Below the pieces are notes generated by a model that saw only the letters and a program-made list of their open reading frames with translations, had not been told where the DNA came from and searched no databases. Of a DNA stretch of 40,659 bases, positions 25,723 through 35,244 are shown piece after piece (position 1 is the first letter of the stretch; each line of letters opens with the position of its first letter). A program made the translations under genes and the position numbers. Source of the stretch: Flavipsychrobacter sp. (GTDB lineage Bacteria > Bacteroidota > Bacteroidia > Chitinophagales > Chitinophagaceae); the NCBI GenBank assembly GCA_044348585.1, contig JBIKSN010000001.1, positions 1-40,659 of the forward strand, written 5' to 3'.

Positions 25723-25781
25723 GTTCAGAGAACGGATCTTATTGGCAGTTCCGGATGCGCTACGCCAACATCCGGAACAAC
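25723..25781. repeat. 59-bp REP-like hairpin repeat, copy 2
   Basis: GTTCAGAGAACGGATCTTATTGGCA-GTTCCGGATG-CGCTACGCCAA-CATCCGGAAC-AAC. Six substitutions versus copy 1, none in the stem. Confidence 0.85.
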
Positions 25782-25793
25782 ATATAACCTTCC

Positions 25794-28700
25794 CTACGCC
25801 TTCTCCACTGAATATTTGATGTCTTCGTTCTCGGCGAGGAAGTTGATGAGTTCGTCGCTGATGAGGATCTTGCGGCTTTGCGTTTTGAGGCGGATGGCCA
25901 TGTCGTTCTCCATGTCTTTTACACTGATGACGAGCTCGGTGCTGCCGGGATTTTTGCGTGCATTCTCTTGCATGAATGTGGCGAAATCTTCGGTGACACG
26001 GTCGAGTGTGAGTGCCAGGTGTATGCGCTTGGTGAGGGCTTTGCGCACCTCTTCGAGCAGCATGATGCTTTGAATGCGGAACTCCATGGTGCCGGGGCGG
26101 TACTTGTGTTCGTCGTACACGCCGGTTATCATCAGCTTCTGGCCATTGAGCAGGAAGTTGCCGTAGGTCACATAGTCGTTCTGCCAGAGGGCAATTTCCA
26201 GGTTGCCCGAGTAGTCGTTGAGCATCATCTTGCCAAACTTCGCACCCTTCTTGGTGGTGGCATGTACTACATCGGTAACAAAGCCGGCTATGCGGATGGT
26301 GCGACCGCGCAGTTTTTCGATATCGGCAATGTTGGCCATGCCGTAGTGGGTCATCTCAAATTTATAGCCGTCCAGCGGGTGCGCGCTGAGGTAGATGCCT
26401 ACTACTTCTTTCTCGCGGTCCAGCAGCTCGGCCAGTCCCCATTTGTCGCACTCGGGTATGACGGGTGGTTTTATCTCGGGCATGGACGAGGCACCGAACA
26501 GACTGTTGGATGCCATAGAAGAGCTGGCCTGTACCTGGTTGCCAAAGCGCATGAGGCGTTCGAGGCCGGAGACGGGGTCGGTGGGTGGTGCAAAGAAATA
26601 CTGTGCGCGGTGCATCTGCAGGAAGCAGTCTAACGCACCGGCGAGTGCCAGGCTTTCCATTGATTTTTTGTTGACCGTGCGCTGGTTCACGCGGCGCATG
26701 AAGTCGAATATAGACTGGTAGGGGCCGCTCTTCTCGCGCTCAGCAATCACATCTTCCACGGCCGATTCGCCCACACCCTTGATGGCGTTGAGCCCGAAGC
26801 GCACCACGTTCTCCTTGGCCACTGCAAAACCTTTCAGACTCTCATTTACATCGGGCCCCAATACCTGAAGGCCCATGCGCTGACATTCCTCCATGTAGAA
26901 CTTTATCTTATCGATATTGCCCTGGTTATTGAGTACCGCTGCCATGAATTCGGCCGGGTAGTGCGCCTTGAGGTAGGCAGTCTGGTAGGCTACAAGGGCG
27001 TAGCAGGTAGAGTGCGACTTGTTGAACGCGTATTGGGCAAATGCTTCCCAGTCGGTCCATATTTTCTGCAGCTTGTCTTCGGGATGCCCCTTTGCCTTGG
27101 CACCCTCTACAAACTGTCCCTTCATTTTGTCCAGTACCGCCTTCTGCTTTTTACCCATGGCCTTACGCAGTACGTCGGCATCGCCCTTGGTGAAACCGGC
27201 AAGGCTCTGCGACAGCAACATCACCTGTTCCTGATAGACGGTGATGCCGTAGGTGTCGCCGAGGTATTCTTCCATTTCGGGTACATCGTAGGAAATGGGT
27301 TCCTGACCGTGTTTGCGGCGGATATAGCTTGGGATGTATTCTATGGGCCCCGGACGGTAGAGGGCGTTCATGGCTATGAGGTCCTCAAATTTGTCGGGCT
27401 TCAGGTTGATGAGGTGTTTCTGCATACCCGGACTTTCGAACTGGAACGTGCCGTTGGTATCACCACGCTGGTAAAGCTCGTAGGTCGTTACGTCATCGAG
27501 CGGCAGGGTATCAATATCTATATCCAGACCATAGTTTCGTTTGATGAGCGCGAGCGCATCTTTGATGATGGTGAGGGTCTTGAGCCCCAAAAAGTCCATC
27601 TTGATAACACCGGCATTCTCGATGACGTTTCCTTCGTACTGGGTAATGAGTGAGTCCACATCCTTGACCATGAAAACGGGCAGAAGGTCGGTAAGGTCGC
27701 TTGGGGCAATGATGATGCCCGCGGCATGGATGCCGGTGTTGCGCACCGATCCCTCAAGGGTCTCGGCATAACGCAGTACCTCACCATGGAGGGTTTGCTG
27801 GCCGTAGGTCTCGCGTAGTTTGCCCACTAGTTCCATCTCGTCAGAGGCAAGACCTTCCTTGCTTTCGAGGCTGCCTTCGCCCTTGAGCTCGGCATGCAGC
27901 AATCGTTTGAGGGAGATGCCCGGTTTCTCGGGCACCAGCTTTGCCAGTGCATTGCTCTCGGGCAGGGGCAGGTCCATAACGCGGGCTACATCTTTGATGG
28001 AGCTCTTTGCCGCCATGGTGCCATAGGTGACTATCTGCGCCACCTGGTTCTTGCCATACTTCTGCACCACGTAGTCGATCACCTTCTGCCGACCGACGTC
28101 GTCGAAGTCGGTATCGATATCGGGCATGCTCTTACGGTCGGGGTTGAGGAAACGTTCGAACAGGAGCTTGTACTTGATGGGGTCTATATTGGTGATGCCG
28201 ATACAGTAGGCCACCGCTGAACCCGCGGCGGAGCCACGACCCGGACCAATGAACACGCCCATGTTGCGCCCCTCGCGAATGAAGTCGGACACGATGAGGA
28301 AGTAACCGGCAAACCCCATGGTGCGGATAGTGAACAGCTCGAAGTTGAGGCGTTCTTCCACCTCAGGCGTAATTTCTTTGTAGCGCTCTTTGGCCCCCAT
28401 CCAGGTAAGATGCTCGAGGTAGGCGATCTGATCGTCGTGAAACTCGGGCGGCACCTTGTAGTGGGGCAGCAGGATGTCGCGCTCCAGTTTCAGCGGTTTA
28501 ATTTTGTCAACGATCTGATTGGTATTGTCGATGGCCTGAGGAATGTCGGCGAAGACATTGGTCATCTGTTCGGTGGTCTTGAAGAAGAACTGGTCGTTGT
28601 AGAAAGCGAAGCGGGCATTTTTTGCCTGCACCTCGTCGTCGCCCACATCGCGGTATTTTTCGTCGCTTTGTTTGGCGCCGGTGTTGATGCACAGGAGGAT

Positions 28701-29405
28701 GTCGTGCGCATTGGCGTCGGACTGGTCTACGTAGTGACTGTCGTTGCTGGCAATGATGGGTACATTATATTTTTTGGCGAAGCGCATGAGCACCTCGTTC
28801 ACCTTTATCTGGTCGGGGATGTCGTGGCGCTGCATCTCCACATAGTAGTCGTCGCCAAAGAGATCGAGCCACCATTTGAAAACGCGTTCGCCCTCTTCTT
28901 CGCCCTTGCGCAGAATGGTGCGCGGCACCTCGGCCGCCAGGCAGCAGGTAGTGGCTATGAGCCCCTCGTGGTACTGCAGGATGAGCTCTTTGTCTATGCG
29001 GGGATACTTGCCATACAGGCCCTCCATGTAGCCCAGCGAACACATCTTAACGAGGTTCTTGTAGCCGATCTCGTTCTTGGCCAGCAGCAACTGGTGGCAG
29101 CGCTGGTCTTTATCGTCTTTGGAGAACTGGCGTTTGTGGCGGTTCTCTACAAGGTAGAACTCGCAACCCACAATAGGTTTCACCACCGGCTCTTCAATGT
29201 CCTTTCCTTCGGGTGTTTTTCCCACCACTTTCTTTTTTTTCCATGCCTCGGCCACAAAGTCGAACACGCCGAACATGTTGCCGTGGTCGGTGATGGCCAT
29301 GGCCGGCATTTCGTCTTTTCGGGCTTTGTCAAACAGCCTGGATACGTTGGACGCCCCGTCGAGCAGGGAATACTGCGTGTGGTTATGTAGATGCGAGAAT
29401 TTCAC
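25794..29405 (-). CDS. dnaE: DNA polymerase III alpha subunit
   Basis: GTG start; PHP domain HLHNHTQYSLLDG / AITDHGNM; GPGRGSAAGS, FERFLNPDRKSMPDIDTDF, KMDFLGL, YAFNKSHS; C-terminal OB fold. No intein seen. Confidence 0.99.
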   Translation of the reverse strand: MKFSHLHNHTQYSLLDGASNVSRLFDKARKDEMPAMAITDHGNMFGVFDFVAEAWKKKKVVGKTPEGKDIEEPVVKPIVGCEFYLVENRHKRQFSKDDKDQRCHQLLLAKNEIGYKNLVKMCSLGYMEGLYGKYPRIDKELILQYHEGLIATTCCLAAEVPRTILRKGEEEGERVFKWWLDLFGDDYYVEMQRHDIPDQIKVNEVLMRFAKKYNVPIIASNDSHYVDQSDANAHDILLCINTGAKQSDEKYRDVGDDEVQAKNARFAFYNDQFFFKTTEQMTNVFADIPQAIDNTNQIVDKIKPLKLERDILLPHYKVPPEFHDDQIAYLEHLTWMGAKERYKEITPEVEERLNFELFTIRTMGFAGYFLIVSDFIREGRNMGVFIGPGRGSAAGSAVAYCIGITNIDPIKYKLLFERFLNPDRKSMPDIDTDFDDVGRQKVIDYVVQKYGKNQVAQIVTYGTMAAKSSIKDVARVMDLPLPESNALAKLVPEKPGISLKRLLHAELKGEGSLESKEGLASDEMELVGKLRETYGQQTLHGEVLRYAETLEGSVRNTGIHAAGIIIAPSDLTDLLPVFMVKDVDSLITQYEGNVIENAGVIKMDFLGLKTLTIIKDALALIKRNYGLDIDIDTLPLDDVTTYELYQRGDTNGTFQFESPGMQKHLINLKPDKFEDLIAMNALYRPGPIEYIPSYIRRKHGQEPISYDVPEMEEYLGDTYGITVYQEQVMLLSQSLAGFTKGDADVLRKAMGKKQKAVLDKMKGQFVEGAKAKGHPEDKLQKIWTDWEAFAQYAFNKSHSTCYALVAYQTAYLKAHYPAEFMAAVLNNQGNIDKIKFYMEECQRMGLQVLGPDVNESLKGFAVAKENVVRFGLNAIKGVGESAVEDVIAEREKSGPYQSIFDFMRRVNQRTVNKKSMESLALAGALDCFLQMHRAQYFFAPPTDPVSGLERLMRFGNQVQASSSMASNSLFGASSMPEIKPPVIPECDKWGLAELLDREKEVVGIYLSAHPLDGYKFEMTHYGMANIADIEKLRGRTIRIAGFVTDVVHATTKKGAKFGKMMLNDYSGNLEIALWQNDYVTYGNFLLNGQKLMITGVYDEHKYRPGTMEFRIQSIMLLEEVRKALTKRIHLALTLDRVTEDFATFMQENARKNPGSTELVISVKDMENDMAIRLKTQSRKILISDELINFLAENEDIKYSVEKA

Positions 29406-29625
29406 TTTGTCTGAGGCACGGATTAAAAAAAACTGAACTAATGAGGGAGCGGAAGACCCCCTCCGCGGACCTTACAAAGTAAAGAAATATTGCAGGGAGG
29501 GTAGGTTGGAATTTATCCACAATAATTAGCGATAAAGTTATATATTACCGTGGCGTTACGAAACCCGTTGTGCCGTTAATTCGGCACAATTGTTGCGGCA
29601 GGAAGTTTGAAAAATATACCCCCGA

Positions 29626-30600
29626 ATGAGAAAGATGTTACCTGCACTGTTCCTGATGTGCACAATGGGATCGTGCGTCACTCTATTTAATGGTCCGTCT
29701 ACCAGCCTGAATGTCCGTATACACGATAATGCGAAGGTGGTATACACCAACGAGTGTGGCAGTACGGACAGTGTGTCGCCGGACATCAACAACATGGCGC
29801 GGCTGATAGTGCGCCGAAACAATAAGCAACTGCCCCTTACCGTGGTGAGCGATACCGGCAGTTTTAGTTTTGCGGTGAAGCCAACAATGTCGTGGCTGTT
29901 CTGGGCAAATGTTTACCCATTGTACGGATTGGGTTTTCTGGTTGACTATAACAACCCGAACCGATTTACTTATCCGCATTTTGTCTATCCGGATCCAAGG
30001 CCCAAGCGCAAGAGCGGTTATCAGACCAGGGCCCCGCTTATGCAATCTGACTGGGAAATTTCATTCGCGCCGCCGTTTGTAAACGGTTTTGTGTTTAATC
30101 CTGCACGGGTGGACCTGAGGGGTGGGGTGCTGGGTATCGGGCTCGGGACAGCCTATCACTACAGCGACAAACGTTTTTGGTGGGGTGAGTTGGGGACGGC
30201 CGCTTCAGGAGGGATGGGAGACGGTTACAGGCGGATCAACAGCTCACCCACCGATTCAAGACTGCGCCTGACGGGATGGTACCTAAATATGCGCCACCAT
30301 CATCGTATGGGTCGGCTGGATCTGGGCTATGGCCTGTCGACCGGAGAGCGAAAAGGGCGGGAGTTCTATGATTATTATTACGGCGCTACGTACAAGGGTG
30401 ACTCAGTGTCAAAGCAATTTTCGCACGTGAGTGCGGGGCTATCGTTCTCGGCCAACTATCGCGTTTCCAATTCGGTCTATGCCGGCTTGAGTTACCAGCC
30501 GCAGCTGTTTGAGATCAGTAAAGCCAACACCGGATTCAGCTATTCACACATGACCATATTCGGCATTTATTGGCGGTGGGGGCTACGGCCGAGGTGGTAG
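29626..30600 (+). CDS. Hypothetical lipoprotein with a C-terminal beta-barrel-like region
   Basis: Lipobox-like MGS|CVTLFNG; C-terminal half has alternating, aromatic/Gly-rich strands ending IFGIYWRW. Confidence 0.6.
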   Translation: MRKMLPALFLMCTMGSCVTLFNGPSTSLNVRIHDNAKVVYTNECGSTDSVSPDINNMARLIVRRNNKQLPLTVVSDTGSFSFAVKPTMSWLFWANVYPLYGLGFLVDYNNPNRFTYPHFVYPDPRPKRKSGYQTRAPLMQSDWEISFAPPFVNGFVFNPARVDLRGGVLGIGLGTAYHYSDKRFWWGELGTAASGGMGDGYRRINSSPTDSRLRLTGWYLNMRHHHRMGRLDLGYGLSTGERKGREFYDYYYGATYKGDSVSKQFSHVSAGLSFSANYRVSNSVYAGLSYQPQLFEISKANTGFSYSHMTIFGIYWRWGLRPRW

Positions 30601-30657
30601 GTAGCGGAATATGTCTGTGATTTGACAAATACAGAGGTAGTGGGTCAGCAAATGGAG

Positions 30658-30665
30658 TAATTTTG
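30658..30665 (+). promoter_or_regulatory. -7 box (TAATTTTG) for hemL
   Basis: TANNTTTG match 25 nt upstream of ATG 30690. Confidence 0.55.
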
Positions 30666-30689
30666 CTGCCGGTAATCAGAGATCACATT

Positions 30690-31970
30690 ATGAGCAAGAG
30701 CAAGCAGCTATTTGAAAGGGCACAATTATCTATTCCTGGTGGGGTGAACTCACCAGTGAGGGCATTCAGGAGTGTGGGCGGTACACCGGTGTTTATGGAG
30801 CGGGCCAAGGGTGCATATATGTATGATGCCGACGGTAAGCGATATATAGACTACATCAACTCGTGGGGACCTATGATACTGGGCCATGCCTATGATGCTG
30901 TGGTGCGTGCCATACAGGAAAAGGCTGTGTTCTCTACCTCTTTCGGCGCGCCAACTGAGCTGGAAATAGAAATGGCCGAGCTGATCATAAGCATGGTGCC
31001 GAATGTGGACCTGGTGCGTATGGTGAGCAGCGGTACAGAGGCGTGTATGAGTGCGCTGCGCCTGGCGCGTGGCTATACCGGCCGCAATAAGTTCATTAAA
31101 TTTGAGGGTTGCTACCATGGTCATGCCGATGCTTTTCTGGTGAAGGCGGGCAGTGGTCTGGCGACATTTAATATTCAGACGGTGCCGGGTGTGACGGCAG
31201 GCTCATCTATGGATACGCTCACCGCGCCTTACAATGATCTGGAGGCTGTTGCACAACTGGTGAAGGACAATCCGAACGAGATAGCGGCCATCATCATAGA
31301 GCCGGTAGCAGGTAATATGGGGTGCATCACTCCGCAGCAGGGCTTTATGGAAGGGCTGCGTGAACTGTGCGACAAAGAGGGCATTCTGCTGATATTTGAT
31401 GAGGTGATGACCGGCTTCAGGCTGGCACCGGGTGGCGCACAGGAGCGTCTGGGCATTAGGGCCGATCTGGTGACCTATGGTAAGGTGATAGGCGGCGGTA
31501 TGCCGGTGGGCGCGTTTGGCGGCCGCAAGGATATAATGGAGCGGATCGCTCCGCTTGGTAATGTGTATCAGGCAGGTACACTGAGCGGTAACCCGATAGC
31601 GATGATAGCAGGGTATACCATGCTGAAGACCCTGAAGAACAATCCGGCCATCTATTCTGATCTAGACAAGACAACAGAGCAATTGCACCATGGTCTGGAT
31701 GCCATTCTGAAAGAAAGCGCACATGACTATGTGATAAATCGATTCGGTTCTATGATCAGCGTACATTTCAGCAATAAGCCGGTGCAGAACTTCGCTGATG
31801 CGGCATCGGCAGACAATGCTACCTTCAACCGATTCTTCCATTTGATGCTGGACAGGGGCATTTATCTGCCACCATCGGCATTCGAAACATGGTTCCTGAG
31901 TCATGCATTGACAGATGCAGATATTGAAGAAACACTGAATGCGGCAAAAGAAAGTGTTGCTTTATTGTGA
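30690..31970 (+). CDS. hemL: Glutamate-1-semialdehyde 2,1-aminomutase
   Basis: [53 protein letters not shown] (PLP lysine), [10 protein letters not shown]. Start taken at MSKSKQLF. Confidence 0.98.
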   Translation: MSKSKQLFERAQLSIPGGVNSPVRAFRSVGGTPVFMERAKGAYMYDADGKRYIDYINSWGPMILGHAYDAVVRAIQEKAVFSTSFGAPTELEIEMAELIISMVPNVDLVRMVSSGTEACMSALRLARGYTGRNKFIKFEGCYHGHADAFLVKAGSGLATFNIQTVPGVTAGSSMDTLTAPYNDLEAVAQLVKDNPNEIAAIIIEPVAGNMGCITPQQGFMEGLRELCDKEGILLIFDEVMTGFRLAPGGAQERLGIRADLVTYGKVIGGGMPVGAFGGRKDIMERIAPLGNVYQAGTLSGNPIAMIAGYTMLKTLKNNPAIYSDLDKTTEQLHHGLDAILKESAHDYVINRFGSMISVHFSNKPVQNFADAASADNATFNRFFHLMLDRGIYLPPSAFETWFLSHALTDADIEETLNAAKESVALL

Positions 31971-32057
31971 TCGCTGTAATAAAAGTGTGTAATTTGGTAA
32001 CCTAAGCCCTTTTAAAAACATAATTTTATTACTACTTTTGTCGATAATCCATGAAAT

Positions 32058-32948
32058 ATGCACGCTGGATATAAATTAAATAAATTGCTCTTCCTGTGTT
32101 TGTCGGTACTGGCTACCGGCAAGGCCACAGCGCAGGTCTCCAGCTTCGATGAGGAGCGCCGTGGATCGGTGTACATAGCCATCGGGTCTAATACACCAAC
32201 CTTCAAAGCATCTACCATCAATGTTGAACAGGGTAATGCAGGAGTGGTAAGCAGCTACTCTTGGGATAAGGTTGCCGCTGACAACAAGACCACCTCAAAA
32301 AGCACCGGACTTGGTTTCAATCTGAAAGTCGGCTATTTCTTTGATTACAACCAGACATGGGCCGTGGAGTTGAGTTATGAGCCTGTGAAGTATCATGTTA
32401 CCGATGGGCAGAAGGTGAAGATGTCGGGTACCTGGGAGAATAACCCCATAGACACAACGATAACATTCTCATCTGCCAACGGTTATTTCTACAATCTTGA
32501 CGGGTCGAACCTGTTGTCACTGAATGTGGTGAAACGTTTCCAGTTGTTGCAGGATAAGAAACATCTGGTGCGCCTTGACGCCCTTGCAAAGGGCGGTGGC
32601 GGACCGGTGATGCCGCATACCTTTACCAGCATTGCCAACAAGGTTGCCGAGCATCCATCTTTTCAGTTTGGCGGATGGAACGCCGGTATTGAAGCTGCAC
32701 TCAGGCTTACTGTGTTGCGATATGTGTTCGTAGAAGGTGGTTATAAATATTCATGGGCATCTTACAGCGATGTGAGTGTTTATAATGGTACTGCTGCACA
32801 GAAGCTTACCATCTCTCAGGTGATCATCAGTGCGGGTGTGCATTTCCCGACCACGAAACGCAATCCGCTGTTCACCAAGCCGGATAACAAGAAGGCACCG
32901 TTGACGATCAAGCCGATCTATCCGGAGCCGTTGGATAATGGCATGTAA
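32058..32948 (+). CDS. Hypothetical outer-membrane beta-barrel protein
   Basis: Signal peptide ending KATA|Q; amphipathic strands GFNLKVGYFF, WAVELSYE, GWNAGIEAALR, YVFVEGGYKY, ISAGVHF. Confidence 0.65.
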   Translation: MHAGYKLNKLLFLCLSVLATGKATAQVSSFDEERRGSVYIAIGSNTPTFKASTINVEQGNAGVVSSYSWDKVAADNKTTSKSTGLGFNLKVGYFFDYNQTWAVELSYEPVKYHVTDGQKVKMSGTWENNPIDTTITFSSANGYFYNLDGSNLLSLNVVKRFQLLQDKKHLVRLDALAKGGGGPVMPHTFTSIANKVAEHPSFQFGGWNAGIEAALRLTVLRYVFVEGGYKYSWASYSDVSVYNGTAAQKLTISQVIISAGVHFPTTKRNPLFTKPDNKKAPLTIKPIYPEPLDNGM

Positions 32949-32986
32949 GAGAACTAGTTCTCATTAAGATATTGAAGAGGCGGGTG

Positions 32987-33454
32987 TCAATCACCTGCCT
33001 CTTCCGGTTTATAGCCGGTGTCTTCAAGCAGGTTTCCACTGTCGGCGGCCGAAGTGGCCAGTTCGTCGCAGCGGTTGTTCCAGCGGTTACTGGCATGCCC
33101 TTTCACCCACACAAATTTTATGTTGTGCTTTTTGTATTCCTGCAGAAAGGCACGCCACAGATCTTCGTTCTTTTTGCCTGCAAATCCTTTTTTCACCCAG
33201 CCGAAGAGCCATTTTTTTTCTACGGAATTGACAATGTACGCCGAGTCGGTATAGATGGTGATGTCGAGTCCTGTGCGGGTGAGTAGCTTCAGGGCGGCAA
33301 TCACCCCCATCAGTTCCATGCGGTTGTTGGTGGTGTGGCGGTAGCCCTGAGAAATCTCTTTCATGGTATTGCCCCACTGCAGTACAGCGCCGTAACCACC
33401 ATTGCCGGGGTTTCCACGGGCAGCACCATCAGTGTATATAACGAGTTGTGACAT
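32987..33454 (-). CDS. rnhA: Ribonuclease HI
   Basis: IYTDGAARGNPGNGGYG, TTNNRMELM, YTDSAY, WVKGHA, NNRCDELA. Confidence 0.98.
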   Translation of the reverse strand: MSQLVIYTDGAARGNPGNGGYGAVLQWGNTMKEISQGYRHTTNNRMELMGVIAALKLLTRTGLDITIYTDSAYIVNSVEKKWLFGWVKKGFAGKKNEDLWRAFLQEYKKHNIKFVWVKGHASNRWNNRCDELATSAADSGNLLEDTGYKPEEAGD

Positions 33455-33524
33455 TGTGTGTGTTTTGTTTGTTTCTGTTGGTGGGGTAGGCGATATAGTA
33501 AGTCGTCGTCAGGTTGCTTCAGCG

Positions 33525-34034
33525 TTAACCTTCTGTCACAAAATCGCTGAGGTGAGCAGCTGCATGATCGAGCAGTTTGCGGGTAGTGGCCGGGTGCAGT
33601 TTTTGAAAGCGGATGTCAATGTCTTCAAATTCACGGAACTCATCGTAAAGCTTTGCGAATTCCTCGACCGTGGTCTGCCGTTCCAATTGTTCGCGGTTCA
33701 GGACATATACTTTCAGTACATCGTCCAGTACCTGTGCCATGTCGGGTGCGCCAAGCTTGTATAGTTGTTCTATGACAGAGGGCAGGAGACTTATATATCC
33801 GTTCTGGATAAACTGAATGAAGCCGCCCTGGCCCACCTGCATGTGAACATAGTCGTAGGCGAGGAGCAATTGCTGTGCCCACGAAAGGTCGTCAAGGAAT
33901 TCGAAGGATTGGCGGCGGTACAGTTCCTCGTGCAGTGGCTGCACCAGCAGGTCATAGAACTGTTCAAGATCTCCATCACTTATCGCCTTTTTGAGGGTTG
34001 TTGTATTAACTGATGGTAAAAAATTGCTGCTCAT
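33525..34034 (-). CDS. DUF4375 / DMP19-like protein
   Basis: Acidic helical protein with LSWAQQLL...QVGQGGFIQFIQNGY, resembling the V.NGGF.Q(Y/F)F.N signature. Confidence 0.75.
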   Translation of the reverse strand: MSSNFLPSVNTTTLKKAISDGDLEQFYDLLVQPLHEELYRRQSFEFLDDLSWAQQLLLAYDYVHMQVGQGGFIQFIQNGYISLLPSVIEQLYKLGAPDMAQVLDDVLKVYVLNREQLERQTTVEEFAKLYDEFREFEDIDIRFQKLHPATTRKLLDHAAAHLSDFVTEG

Positions 34035-34088
34035 ATGCTTATCTTTGGCACCTCGGTAGTTTCTTGGGGATTACCAAAATTTTCCTGA

Positions 34089-35072
34089 ATGGCAACATTA
34101 CTAAACTTGCCCAATACAGCCAAGAAGGTTGTATTTATTTTGTGCCTTGCGGCATTTGCTCTTTTAAGTGCGCCACCACCACTGGCATTGGTAACGGGTA
34201 TATTTATAGCCCTTGTTGTGGGGCACCCCTTCATTCATCTCAATAAAAAGGCTACCACCATGCTGCTGCAGATATCAGTGGTGTGTCTGGGTTTTGGTAT
34301 GAATCTGGAACATGCCATGAAGGCCGGTAGGGACGGATTTCTGTTCACGGTGGTCACCATAGCTGTTACACTCATTGCGGGCTACTTTATAGGTAAGAAG
34401 CTGAATATCGACAATAATACTTCACTACTGATCTCTAACGGTACCGCCATATGCGGGGGTAGTGCAATAGCGGCGATAGCGCCGATAGTGAAGGCGAACG
34501 ACAACCAGATGAGTGTGGCGCTGGGTACTGTTTTTATTCTTAATTCCATTGCCTTGCTTATATTTCCGCCTATAGGGCATTATCTGGGCATGACGGCAGA
34601 GCAGTTCGGTACATGGTGCGCAATAGCTATACATGATACCAGCTCGGTGGTAGGAGCGGCAACGGGTTATATAGATAGTCAGGGGCATGATGCACTTGGT
34701 ATAGCTACCACCATCAAGCTGGAGCGCGCACTCTGGATCATTCCAATTGCCCTTGGCACTGCATATTTTCAGAAGAGCACCGGAAAAGTGAAGATCCCGT
34801 ATTTTATATTCTGGTTCATAGTGGCGATCATCGTGTCAACCTATCTGCCGCAGTACCTGCCGGATATCAGTAAGCCACTGGGCGGCAAGACCATCTTTCA
34901 GCATCTGTATGGTCTGGGTCGTCGTGGTCTGGTCATCACTTTGTTCCTTATCGGCTCGGGTCTGTCGTTGAAGACCATTAAGCAGGTAGGGTGGAGGCCC
35001 ATATTGCAGGGTGTGTTGTTGTGGGTGATCATCGGAAGTATCTCGCTTGCTGTGATCAGGGGTGTTTTGTAG
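34089..35072 (+). CDS. YeiH-family putative sulfate exporter
   Basis: About ten TM helices; GTAICGGSAIAAIAP, AIHDTSSVVGAA, TTIKLERALWIIP. TATCTTTG box at 34040-34047. Confidence 0.92.
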   Translation: MATLLNLPNTAKKVVFILCLAAFALLSAPPPLALVTGIFIALVVGHPFIHLNKKATTMLLQISVVCLGFGMNLEHAMKAGRDGFLFTVVTIAVTLIAGYFIGKKLNIDNNTSLLISNGTAICGGSAIAAIAPIVKANDNQMSVALGTVFILNSIALLIFPPIGHYLGMTAEQFGTWCAIAIHDTSSVVGAATGYIDSQGHDALGIATTIKLERALWIIPIALGTAYFQKSTGKVKIPYFIFWFIVAIIVSTYLPQYLPDISKPLGGKTIFQHLYGLGRRGLVITLFLIGSGLSLKTIKQVGWRPILQGVLLWVIIGSISLAVIRGVL

Positions 35073-35244
35073 GCTTAATTCCCTGAAATAGATATTTTGC
35101 TAATGTATGATAGGGGCATTAATATTCCCGTTTAGTAAAAAATCACTCTTTCAAAACGAACTTTCCCGTATTTTGCCAATGCGTTCGGCATACCAATGGT
35201 ATTTTCCATAGGTACGTAGTGCATGATTCAATATTGTGTTGTCA

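Noticed and set aside
25487-25781. Possible CRISPR array
   Set aside because: Only two repeats, 59 bp long with a 177-bp spacer, and no cas genes in the window.
28410-29390. 326-aa and other long ORFs antisense to dnaE (similar ones over secA and ABC-F)
   Set aside because: Typical stop-poor antisense frames of genes with biased codon usage.
25794-29405. Intein or split dnaE
   Set aside because: A continuous 1203-aa protein of normal length with no intein motifs seen.
29443-29466. Alternative short hairpins in the dnaE leader (GAGGG/CCCTC versus GCGGA/TCCGC)
   Set aside because: Only 5-bp stems, expected by chance.
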